Below are positions 39,201 through 50,372 of a DNA stretch of 64,000 nucleotides, one piece after another (positions within the stretch are counted from its first letter, which is position 1; each line of letters opens with the position of its first letter). The position numbers and the translations under genes are program-made. The notes beneath the pieces are model-generated. The model saw only the letters and a list, made by a program, of their open reading frames with translations. It had not been told where the DNA came from and made no database searches. This stretch comes from Podarcis muralis (Eukaryota): assembly GCF_964188315.1 (NCBI RefSeq), contig NC_135656.1, forward strand, positions 123,628,001 through 123,692,000, read 5' to 3'.

Positions 39201-42200
39201 TTGAATAAATCTATCAGCATCTTTCACATAGAAGTATTCCATCTTAATCCTGAAATACAAGCCATCTCTTTCGCTTTCCTCACCAGCTCAGTTATGGCTT
39301 TGCTCTTACTGATAAATTCCAGTCCCCTTTTGTCTACCAAATGGCCCCAAACCAAGAAACGCAGTACCAAGGGATGGTGCAACTCCTCCTGCATTTCAGG
39401 TGGACATGGGTTGGCCTCTTTGCTCCAGACAATGACAATGGGGAAAGCTTCCTGAGTACCTTGACACCTCTAATGAACAAAAGGGAAATTTGTGTTGCCT
39501 TCACACAAAGAGTACAACGAGAAACGTGGCTATGGATACCCCATGAAGCACCTGCCCTGTGGAGACAAGTCAATGTATTTGTTTACTTTGCAGACTCTCA
39601 AAGTGGACTTTACATAATCATAGAGGTACAGTCCTTACTTGAAAGGATACAGACTGGGGGGAAAGTCTGGATAACCACACTTCTTCAGAACAAAATGTTG
39701 TTACGTGGTATTGACTGCTTCCAGTATGCCCATGGCTCTTTGTCCTTTGTAATGAAGACCAAAAAAAGGATGAAGAAGGACTACTATGGGCCAATGTCCT
39801 TGGCTAGTCAACAGTATTCAGAAGAAGCATTTGATTGTTCATATTTAAAGCATGCCTTGTCTGTGAGGGGTATGACCAAATGCAGAGAGAAGGATAATGT
39901 GAAGATGCTGCCCCAGGAAGAGATTGAAAGAATCCAGTCCCAAGACAGCTATGTGAATTACTTGAGTATCCAAACTGTGGCTCAAGCTTTAAATGCCGCA
40001 TATTCATCCAGGTCAAAGAGGATGTCGATTGTGGGTGGAGGCAGTTTGGATCTTCAAAAGCTACAGCCATGGCAGGTAATAATCTAGCATGGTCAGATGA
40101 ATCCAGGCGAGAGATACAGAGAAGATTAGCATGCAGAGGGAACATGAAACCATGTTACATAATTCAGCCCTGCTTACTCATTCCTGGATTTCCCCCCGTC
40201 ATTCTAGTTTCATCGTTTCTTGAAAGAAGTCCAGTTCTACTCTAATACTTCAGCTGATGGACAGTACCTGGATGAGAATGGAGCACTGGCCGTTGACTTT
40301 GATATCGTGAATTGGGTGCTGTTTCCTAATAACTCTCATGATAGAGTGAAAATTGGGAGAATAGAGAGACTAAAGTCCTCAAATCTGAAGTTCACCATTA
40401 ACCCAGAAGCAATTGTGTGGCCCAAGCGATTTAAGAAGGTAGGAAAAATCGGATCTGTCATTTTATTATCTATGACATCTGCTATGCTCTAATAACATTT
40501 TGAATAGTACATATGAGGCTTTGACTGCAATCTTGTGGATGCTTTCTTGAAGCATTCAAAGCCTGCCAAGGAGTCCAGTTCGCTTTGTTGCTTCTTTAAA
40601 TACTTTGTAAAAGCTTCCCATTCATCTTTAAAGTCGCAGTTATCCTTGTCCTGTAGTTTATGTGCCAATTTTGCCAGTTCTGCATAGTCCATCAGTTTCT
40701 CTTGCCATAGTTCTTTAGTCGGGGTTTCCTCGTTCTTCCATCCTTGTGCTATTAAGACTCTCGCTACTGTTGTCGCAGACATGAAGATATTTTTCAACTT
40801 CTTTTCCTACAATCCCTAACAGAAATGCTTCAGGTTTCTTAACAAATGTTAGATAGAACATTTTCTTCAATTCATTGTATATCATTTCAATTTTTTAAAA
40901 TTTCATTACAATCCCACCACATATGGTAAAATGTCCCCTCCTTTTCCTTACACTTCCAACACATATTTGAGCTAGTTTTATACATTTTTCCTAACTGCAC
41001 TGTAGTCATATACCATCTATACATTATCTTCATATAATTTTCTTTCAGCAAAGAACAATCTGTAAATTTGAAATCAATTTTCCATTTGTTGTTTAGTCGT
41101 TTAGTCGTGTCCGACTCTTCGTGACCCCATGGACCAGAGCACGCCAGGCACGCCTGTCTTCCACTGCCTCCTGCAGTTTGGTCAAACTCATGTTTGTAGC
41201 TTCGAGAACACTGTCCAACCATCTCATCCTCTGTCGTCCCCTTCTCCTTGTGCCCTCAATCTTTCCCAACATCAGGGTCTTTTCCAGGGAGTCTTTTCTT
41301 CTCATGAGGTGGCCAAAGTCTTGGAGCCTCAGCTTCATGATCTGTCCTTCCAGTGAGCACTCAGGGCTGATTTCCTTAAGAATGGATGCAATTGATCTTC
41401 TTGCGGTCCATGGGACTCTCAAGAGTCTTCTCCAGCACCATAATTCAAAAGCATCAATTCTTCGGTGATCAGCCTTCTTGATGGTCCAGCTCTCACTTCC
41501 ATACATCACTACTGGGAAAACCATGGCTTTAACTATACGGACCTTTGTTGGCAAGGTGATGTCTCTCCTTTTTAATATGCTGTCTAGGTTTGCCATCGCC
41601 TTTCTCCCAAGGAGCAGGCGTCTTTTAATTTCGTGGCTGCTGTCACCATCTGCAGTGATCACGGAGCCCAAGAAAGTAAAATCTCTCACTGCCTCCATTT
41701 CTTCCCCTTCTATTTGCCAGGATGTGAAGGGACCAGTGGCCATGATCTTTGTTTTTTTGATGTTGAGCTTCAAACCATATTTTGCGCTCTCCTCTTTCAC
41801 CCTCATTAAAAGGTTCTTTAATTCCTCCTCACTTTCTGCCATCAAGGTTGTGTCATCTGCATAACTGAGGTTGTTGATATTTCTTCCGGCGATCTTAATT
41901 CCGGCTTGGGATTCATCCAGCCCAGCCTTTCGCATGATGAATTCTGCATATAAATTAAATAAGCAGGGAGACAATATACAGCCTTGCCGTACTCCTTTCC
42001 CAATTTTGAACCAGTCAGTTGTTCCTTATCCAGTTCTAACTGTAGCTTCTTGTCCCACGTAGAGATTTCTCAGGAGACAGATGAGGTGATCAGGCACTCC
42101 CATTTCTTTAAGAACTTGCCATAGTTTGCTGTGGTCAACACAAAGGCTTTTGCATAGTCAATGAAGCAGAAGTAGATGTCTTTCTGGAACTCTCTAGCTT

Positions 42201-45200
42201 TCTCCATAATCCAGCGCATGTTTGCAATTTGGTCTCTGGTTCTTCTGCCCCTTCGAAATCCAGCTTGCACTTCTGGGAGTTCTCGGTCCACATACTGCTT
42301 AAGCCTGCCTTGTAAAATTTTAAACATAACTTTGCTAGTGTGTGAAATGAGTGCAATTGTGCGGTAGCTGGAGCATTCTTTGGCACTGCCCTTCTTTGGG
42401 ACTGGGATGTAGACTGATCTTCTCCAATCCTCTGGCCACTGCTGAGTTTTCCAAATTTGCTGGCATATTGAGTGTAGCACCTTAACAGCATCATCGTTTA
42501 AAATTTTAAATAGTTCAGCTGGAATATAATCACTTCCACTGGTCTCGTTATTAGCAGTGCTTTCTAAGGCCCATTTGACTTCACTCTCCAGGATGTCTGG
42601 CTCAAGGTCAGCAGCCACACTACCTGGGGTATAAGAGACGTCCATATCTTTCCGGTATAATTCCTCTGTGTATTCTTGCCACCTCTTCTTGATGTCTTCT
42701 GCTTCTGTTAGGTCCTTTCCACTTTTGCCTTTTATTATCATAATCTTTGTACAAAATGTTCCTTTCATATCTCCAATTTTCTTGAAGAGATCTCTGGTTT
42801 TTCCCATTCTATTGTTTTCCTCTATTTCTTTGCATTGCTCGTTTAAGAAGGCCTTCTTGTCTCTCCTTGCTATTTTTTGGAAATCTCATCCAGTCCCTGA
42901 TCCATACCAAACAAGCAGATTCATAATACAATTTAAGGTCTGGGAGGGCAAACCCACCTCTATCTTTTACATCTGTAAGTTTTATGGACTTCAATCTCAA
43001 TGTTTTGTTCTAATTCGGTTCTTTCTTCTTCCTTCATGTTTTTAACTAATAATTTAGTTTTATTCCTATTTAACTTAAATCCTGCAACTTCCTCAAATTT
43101 CTGAATCTTTTCTATTACTTTAGGGAGTGACATTTTGGGTTCTTCCACTGTTATCACTAAATCATCTGCATATGCTTTTAACTTGAACTCACTTTTCCCA
43201 GTTTTTGCACCTATAATCTCTTTGTCTGCTCTTATATTTCTGGCAAGTACTTCCAGTACCAGGATGAATAGTAATGGTGATAATGGGCATCCTTGTCTTG
43301 TTCCTTTTTGAATCTTACAATCGTCCGTTATCACCTGATTTATAATTAATTCTGCTTTTTGTTCTGAATAAATTGCTGCTATTCCTTTTAAAAATTTAGA
43401 ACCACATCTAATTTGTTCTAAAAACTTTGTCAGGAATTTCCAAGAAATATTATGAAGGCTTTTTCAGCATTTATAAACATCATTGCTGCTTTCCTTTCAC
43501 TTTTAGCCTCCAGGTATTCTATTATATTCAAAATATTTCTTATATTCTCCTTCATTTGCCTACCTGGTAAAAACCCTGCCTGATCTTGATGTATATATTC
43601 ATTTAGTATTTTTTTTTTTTTTAGTCTATTGGCTAATATATTTGCAAACAATTCCATTTCAGTGTTAAAGGCGGGGGGATCAGAAGAACCTAAAAGGTTT
43701 CTCTGCCATGCAGCTCTGCAAAAAATCAAAGAAAAAAGTAACTGTCCAAAATATGGTCTGGGGTCACCTGAGGTTATTGGAAGCAAATATCTCCTCTCCG
43801 GGATCCTTCCAAAATTCTATTATCTGTGTCCAAAGGCATAAATGCACCTTTCACTTTCTCCTTAATGCTCAATTTTCTCTTCATGCCTAGATGGTGCCTC
43901 GTTCAAGATGCACAGAAAGCTGTTTCCCTGGATATTCCAGAAAAGTTCAGGAAGGGAAGCCGCCCTGCTGCTATGATTGTTCTCCCTGCTCAGAAGGGAC
44001 CATCTCCACTCAGGAAGGTAGGAGAGGAACTCAGAGAAAATGGCCTTTGTTGGGAGGATGGGGCAAATATTTGAGCCACTGCAATGGCTAGTTCCATCAT
44101 CTGTCAGGTGGGGACCATTGGCATTCTCAGAGAACAATGGAGGCATTCATGATGAGTTCAAACACTGTCAGGTGTGGACAGTCCTCGCCTCCCTTTGGTA
44201 ACTGCACAGATAATAATTAATGAACCATTTATAATTTATACTCTTTTTATTCCGTCATCTGGCTGCAAGCAAAGATCCACATCCCTCCACAAGGAGAGCA
44301 GTTGGCTACTCTAAATCCTCCCCCTTCTACCCCGCTCAACATCCTGGCGCCAACAAGAAGTTCCTCCTGCTCGCTGCATCCTTTGTTCTCTAATACGTAT
44401 GGACTTCTTAGTTTGTGGGGAGGGAGGGTCCCCCAGACTCTCCTATGACATCCTTGCTCGCTGTTGCCTCCCTTCTGTTCTCTTTCCATTATCTCGTAGC
44501 TAGGTAATGCTGGTCTAATCTGCTCGGTGTCTGTGTCTCTCCCTCTTCAGAGAGGAGCTGATCTGCCTGAGAATGCATTTCCCAATCCTCTGATTCAGAC
44601 CATTCACTGACAGGCACCTCTTTTTCTAGAAAATAGCACTGGAAATAATAAAGTAAAGTAAAGTAAAGTAAAGTAAAGTAAAAAGTAGCACCTTAGAGAC
44701 CAACTAAGTTTGTTCTAGGTCTGAGCTTTCATGTGCATGCACACTTCTTCAGATACTCTGAAACAGAAGTCACCAGACCCTTATATATAGTGGTAGGGTG
44801 GGGTGGGGTATTTCTCATAAGGGTACTAGGGCATGGCTGATTAGCTCAATGGGTAAACCTGCTGAAGACTGATAACAACTGCAATTAGTCATACAGGAAA
44901 AAAGCAGGGGACAATATGCAGGTGACTAAAAATAGCTTTTGCATGTGTAATGAGATATGAATCCATTGTCTCTGTTCAGACCAGGTTTCTCCATAGTTTT
45001 CCCTTCTGAGAAATATCCCAACCCACCCTCCCACTATATATAAGGGTCTGGTGACTTCTCTTTTTCAGAGTATCTGAAGAAGTGTACATGCACACGAAAG
45101 CTCAGACTTAGAACAAACTTAGTCGTTCTCTAATGTGCTACTAGACTATTTTTGTATTTTACTTTTTTATTTCGATGGCATCCAACCAACATGGCTACCT

Positions 45201-47662
45201 ACCTGAATCTAGAGCGCTGGAAATGCACTCTTCAAGGAGGGTTCACCTCTTGCCACCCTGTAATGTCCCCATAGCTCCAGGAAATCTTACTGTCCATGTA
45301 AAAAATTTCAGGATTTTATTATGGTAGCTCCTCTACAGAATTTTGTGTTATGGTTTTTATATTGCTGTTTTCCCATTCATCATTTCGGTTTCTAGTACAG
45401 CTTTACTGATGGATAGGTAGAACATCTTCCAAATCCATCCATCCATCAATAAAAAGTAACTCCTAAGAAAACTTAAGGACATAAGAAAGGCCTTGTTGCA
45501 GAGAAAGAACAGCCCTCCCACCCCCCACCCCATGTGATCTCCAGCAAATAGTATTCAAAGGCATTCAAAGGACACCTCCAATGTTGCAGGGAGTACATGT
45601 CAGGTAATCTCGTCCTGGGGACTCTCTTGATGAGTGAGGGGAAAGTGGGCAAGAGAGCCAGGGTGTGTTGGGTTCACCAAATTTCAGGTGTGTGACTGAT
45701 GTTAGTACAGTGGTGCCCCGCAAGACGAACGCCTCGCAAGACGGAAAACCCGCTAGACGAAAGGGTTTTCCGTTTTGGAGGCGCTTCGCAAAACGAATTT
45801 CCCTATGGGCTTGCTTCGCAAGACGAAAGCCCATAGGGAAATCTCCGGGACAGCGGGGAAGCGCAGCGCGTCTTCCCCGCTGTCCTCGGACCTCCTCCGA
45901 AGGCTGGCGGCGGGGCGGGGACAGCTCCTCCCGCCGCCGCCGGGCTTCGGAACGATGCCTCGATGCCAGGGGCAGGCGGGAACGCCTCCCCCCGCCGCCC
46001 GCCATCGGGACCATGCCCCGATGCCGGCCGGCGGGGACGGGGCGGGGCATGGTCACCGCCGCCGGCGTTTAAAAGCACTCTGGGGAAAGCAGCGAAGCGC
46101 GCTGCTTTCCCCGAGCATCGGGAAGTCCGGCGGGGGTCCTTGGGATTCCCTCCCAGCCCCCGCCTTTAAAAGCACTCCGGGGAAAGCAGCAAAGCGCAGC
46201 GCGCTTTGTTGCTTTCCCCGGAGTGCTTTTAAACGCGGGCGGCTGGGAGGGAATCCCTTGGACCCTCGCCGGACTTCAAAAGAGCTGCGGGAAGTCCGGA
46301 GGGGTCCAAGGGATTCCCTCACCGCCGCCCACCTTTAGAAGCGCTCGGGGAAAGCAGCGCGCTTCGCTGCTTTCCCCAGAGTCCTTTTAAACGCAGGCGG
46401 CAGTGAGGGAATCCCTTGGACCCCCTCCGGACTTCCCGCAGCTCTTTTGAAGTCCGGTGGGGGGAGAAGGGCTTTTCTTCCTACCGCCAGCCTTCAGAAC
46501 AGCCTTCTGAAGGCTGGCGGTGGGAAGAAAAGCCCTTGTGTCCCCCCCCCCCCAGCCTTCAGAAGAGGTCAGGGAACAGACTGTCCCCGGACCTGGTCTG
46601 AAGGCGGTTTCCCTAGGAACGCATTAATTGATTTTCAATGCATTCCTATGGGAAACCGTGCTTCGCAAGACGAAAAACTCGCAAGAAGAAAAAACTCGTG
46701 GAACGAATTAATTTCGTCTTGCGAGGCACCACTGTATACAGAAGTGTGTTTTCCTCTCTGCAGATGCTGATGACTGCACCAAATGTCCAGAAGATCAGCA
46801 TCCAAATGAGGATAGACATCAATGTGTCCCCAAAATATCTACCTTCCTTTCCTATGAAGAAAGTTTGGGGAGCCTCCTGGCTTCCCTTGCCCTCCTCTTA
46901 TCCTTAACCACAGGCTTTGTGTTAGGAATCTTCACTAAATACAAAGAAACTCCCATAGTCAAAGCCAACAACAGGGACCTCTCCTACATCCTCCTCATCT
47001 CTCTGCTGCTCTCCTTTTTGTCCTCCTTCCTCTTCATTGGAAAGCCAAGGAATGTGACCTGTCTTCTCCGTCAAACAGCCTTCTGCATCATCTTCTCAGC
47101 TGCTGTTTCTTCTGTCTTGGCAAAAACCATCACTGTGGTTCTGGCCTTCCTGGCTACTAAGCCAGGGAACAAGGTGAGGAGATGGCTGGGGAAGAGTTTG
47201 GCCCACTCCATTGTCATTTCCTGCTCCAGTGTCCAACTTCTCATCTGCACCATCTGGCTGGGGATCTCTCCTCCATTCCCAGACTTTGACCTCAGCTCCC
47301 AGCTTGGAGAGATCATTGTCCAATGCAACGAAGGGTCTGTTGCCATGTTTTATGGTTCTCTTGGCTACATGGGCTTCCTGGCTGCCATCTGCTTCACAGT
47401 GGCTTTCTTAGCAAGGAATCTGCCTGGGGCATTCAATGAGGCCAAGCTGATCACCTTCAGCATGCTGGTCTTCTGCAGTGTTTGGGTGTCCTTTGTGCCC
47501 ACCTACCTGAGCACCAAGGGGAAATTCATGGTGGCCGTTCAGATCTTCTCTATCTTGGCCTCCAGTGCTGGGCTCCTGGGCTGCATCTTCATTCCCAAAT
47601 GTTACATTATTATATTGAGGCCTGATCTGAACATGAGGGAGCACCTGACAAGAAAAAACTAA
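36238..47662 (+). CDS. V2R copy 4, intact 6-exon gene, 848 aa
   Basis: Exons 36238-36446, 37319-37610, 39287-40075, 40208-40438, 43891-44017, 46764-47662. Same lengths and phases as copy 2; no stops. Confidence 0.94.
36511..36719 (+). mobile_element. 5'-truncated LINE 3' end with (TATC)n tail
   Basis: 15-bp TSD tcccgtgatacactt (36496-36510, 36720-36734); aataaa then tetranucleotide tail; absent from paralog intron 1. Confidence 0.8.
38050..38560 (-). mobile_element. L1-clade 3' fragment
   Basis: Minus strand reads LLLARNWKG...[16 protein letters not shown], the ORF2 C-terminus, followed by a T-rich tail. Confidence 0.65.
40550..43650 (-). mobile_element. L1-clade LINE (RT and C-terminal remnants) interrupted by BovB
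   Basis: [21 protein letters not shown] and AYADDL at 42960-43630; [18 protein letters not shown] at ~40900-41080. Confidence 0.85.
41086..42884 (-). mobile_element. BovB (RTE) LINE, 5'-truncated, frameshifted RT
   Basis: ORFs 42070-42807 and 41093-41974 ([44 protein letters not shown]) and the characteristic tail gttgtttagtcgtttagtcgtgtccgactc. Confidence 0.95.
44685..45210. mobile_element. Penelope-like element terminal fragment with ~140-bp inverted repeats
   Basis: 44685-44823 is the reverse complement of 45001-45141. Starts gtagcaccttagagaccaac; each arm has a CTGAAGA...GAAAGCTC hammerhead-like core. Confidence 0.72.
45708..46734. mobile_element. Tc1/mariner-pogo (Tigger-like) MITE
   Basis: TIRs CAGTGGTGCCCCGCAAGACGAA ... 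TTCGTCTTGCGAGGCACCACTG, TA duplication, empty site in copies 1 and 2. Confidence 0.9.
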
Positions 47663-47924
47663 ACATGGCATTTGATCCTTAGCTCTACGGATATCATAAA
47701 ATTGTACAGTTGGAAGTCCCAGCCACAATCTCAACTGGAGTTAAACTGTTCATGACCCATAGCAGGATTTCATAAGCTGTTTAAGAAGTTGCAAACTGAA
47801 TTACTAAAGTACAAAATGTACTTAGCTAAATTAGAAGAAAATGATATTAAACTGGGTACATAGGGATATCTTTAAAAGTCGTATGGGATTCTGATAATAC
47901 AACTAATACCACTACTACGTCTAT

Positions 47925-47959
<35 letters not shown>

Positions 47960-47999
47960 TTTCTCCAGCCACTCTGGGCGGCTTACAGTACATATTCAA

Positions 48000-48660
48000 T
48001 CAATCAATCTTTATTACGGTTCAGAGACCCAACAAATCATTACAAATCATTACACAATTCATACAGCCTAAAAAGGTAAAGGTAAAGGTACCCCTGCCCG
48101 TACGGGCCAGTCTTGCCAGACTCTAGGGTTGTGCGCCCATCTCACTCAAGAGGCCGGGGGCCAGCGCTGTCCGGAGACACTTCCGGGTCACATGGCCAGC
48201 GTGACATCGCTTCTCTGGCGAGCCAGAGCCGCACACGGAAACGCCGTTTACCTTCCCGCTAGAAAGCGGTCCCTATTTATCTACTTGCACCCGGGGGTGT
48301 TTTCGAACTGCTAGGTTGGCAGGCGCTGGGACCGAGCAGTGGGAGCGCACCCCACCGCGGGGATTCGAACCGCCGACCTTTCGATCGGCAAGCCCTAGGC
48401 GCTGAGGCTTTTACCCACAGCGCCACCCGCGTCCCAAGTCATACAGCCTACCTCCAGGTTAATCAAGCATTGTTTAGAATATAGGGCTCATTTGAATATA
48501 GCAGCCTCATTTTAAAAGCAGCCCATGGATCAAAATCATACAGGGAGGGGAAACATAAGGGTCAGACTGAGTCCAAACCAAAGGCCAGGTGGAACAGCTC
48601 TGTCTTGCAGGCCCTGTGGAAAGATGTCAAGTCCTGCAGGGCCCTAGTCTCTTGTAGTCT
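48000..48660 (-). mobile_element. L2/CR1-like LINE 3' fragment hosting the Sauria SINE
   Basis: (caat)n tail followed by caaaggccaggtggaacagctctgtcttgcaggccctg, typical of reptile L2-type 3' ends. Confidence 0.5.
48071..48435 (-). mobile_element. Sauria SINE, full length
   Basis: tRNA-derived head (gggacgcgggtggcgctgtgg...ggttcgaatccc), (acctt)n tail, and 15-bp TSD aa(t/g)tcatacagccta (48056-48070, 48436-48450). Confidence 0.92.
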
Positions 48661-48960
48661 CGGGTCTCTCTATGGCATTTAAATGTCCCCCAGTTTCTCC
48701 ATTTGCAGCCACATCAGACAGGTCCGACAGGGTCTTTTGATCTCTTTAATTCCTCTGTCGCCCTTCCATAATCAAGGGATAATATATCCCACAAAGCAAG
48801 ACCCAGACATGTGGGGGCTAGTCCAGGTATATGCTCAGTGCCCAGAAGCAAAGGCTTGGAGGAGCGTGGCTTTGGGGTAATCTGGCTGCCAGTTGGCAAG
48901 GGTAAGGTCTGGGTAAGTCCTAGACTGAGTGAAGTCAGCGACAGTCACTTGCCCTGTGCT
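48660..48960 (-). pseudogene. env: 3' half of an old retroviral env SU remnant
   Basis: Reads STGQVTVADF...GH*AYTWTSPHMSGSCFVGYIIP, resembling the gamma-type CG..AY..LP..WSG.C..G.I.P motif; in frame with the 55881 side. Confidence 0.6.
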
Positions 48961-49214
48961 CAGTCTGTTTCCCCGAAAATAAGACAGTGTCTTATATTTA
49001 TTTTAGCTCCCAAAGATGCAATAGGTCTTATTTTCAGGGGGTGTCTTATTTTCCCATGAAGAAGAATACGGTACACATTTATTGTTGAACAAAAAAAAAG
49101 GAAATTTATTACCTGTATACGGTACAATGTGCACGACTCCTGCCCCGCACGACTCACTCACTGTCTAAATGTGAGTCAGCCAGACTCCGTCAGGGCAGAG
49201 CGAGCAGCAGGCGC

Positions 49215-50372
49215 TGTAGCACCCTGCTTGTGGTTAACGCTTAGCTGGAATGAAATATTCAACGCAGCAACAGAGAAATTAAAATAATAATTTATTTGTC
49301 AGACAAATAAATGTGAGGCACAGTGGTATATGATTACCAAGCTCTGGCCTGCCTCCTGCCATTATGGCCAGCACTTATATTTCCTTAATCCAGCCCCCTT
49401 TGCTCCTCTTGTGGCTGCATCTGCCCAACCAGCCTGGTTGGATTTCCTATTGGCTGATTGCTATGACCAATCACAAAAATACACTCATTTCCTATTGCCT
49501 TTTATGGGAGACAAAGAGCTATATTTCCTTCCATTTATAATTGACAAACAAGTATTAATATATCTTTACATGTGTCTCAACAAGGAATCTTAATTACCAG
49601 CTCACCTCCTGCCCTCCTTGCCCTACTGCCTTCTAAAACAAACGGTTAATCTTAAATTTTTATCTTGAACAGATGTCAGAGACCTTGGGTTCATATTCTC
49701 ATGCATCATCAATGAAATATCTCCTTTTGGAGGTCTTTAAACAAAGGCCCGACAGCCATCTGTCATAAGTGCCCGCTGGCGTCTTTCTGTCTTGCAGGGG
49801 AGCTGACTTAAATACAACTCTTACAACTATATGAAATAAGAATCTAGCATTTCTTAAATCCTTTGCATAATTACATTTAAGCCAGCATATTTCATACATA
49901 ACATATATAGCTTTTTAGAAGGATAAATCTCCTCAAAGTAAAAGGAAGGAACAGTTTACAGCCTCAAAATAAAAGTGAAGGAAAAAGTCTATTCCCCTGT
50001 TTACACTCCCCTCCTTCTCCAGCCAGTTGTTTAGTTTTCCGTGTGCTCTTGGCCTTTTGTCCTGTGGCTCAAGTTTAAGAGAGGCCCAGGGTATCATTTT
50101 ACTGTTTACCCACTCTTAATTATGTAGGGTCTGTGTAACCTTGGTCTTCAGCCTGTAATTCCAGCTTTTACGACTTTGAGAATTGTTTTCTGCTATAAAT
50201 CAAGGGGGCCCCTTGTCTAGGAGGAAAACATTGCCAGTGTTTTCTTAAGCAGCTGGTCTGCCTGGCATGAAACTTTTATGAATTCAAGCCCTTTTTAGAC
50301 TTTTTGAACCTGATCAAAATATAAGTCAATATAGACCTTGATTAAAAATGCAGTCTATATTCAGATGCCACA
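49215..50372 (-). repeat. ERV 3' LTR
   Basis: Direct repeat of 54438-55595; adjoins the PPT. Confidence 0.96.

Noticed and set aside
45565-46770. Cluster of Arg/Pro/Gly-rich ORFs on both strands
   Set aside because: They lie within the GC-rich palindromic MITE; no transposase motifs.
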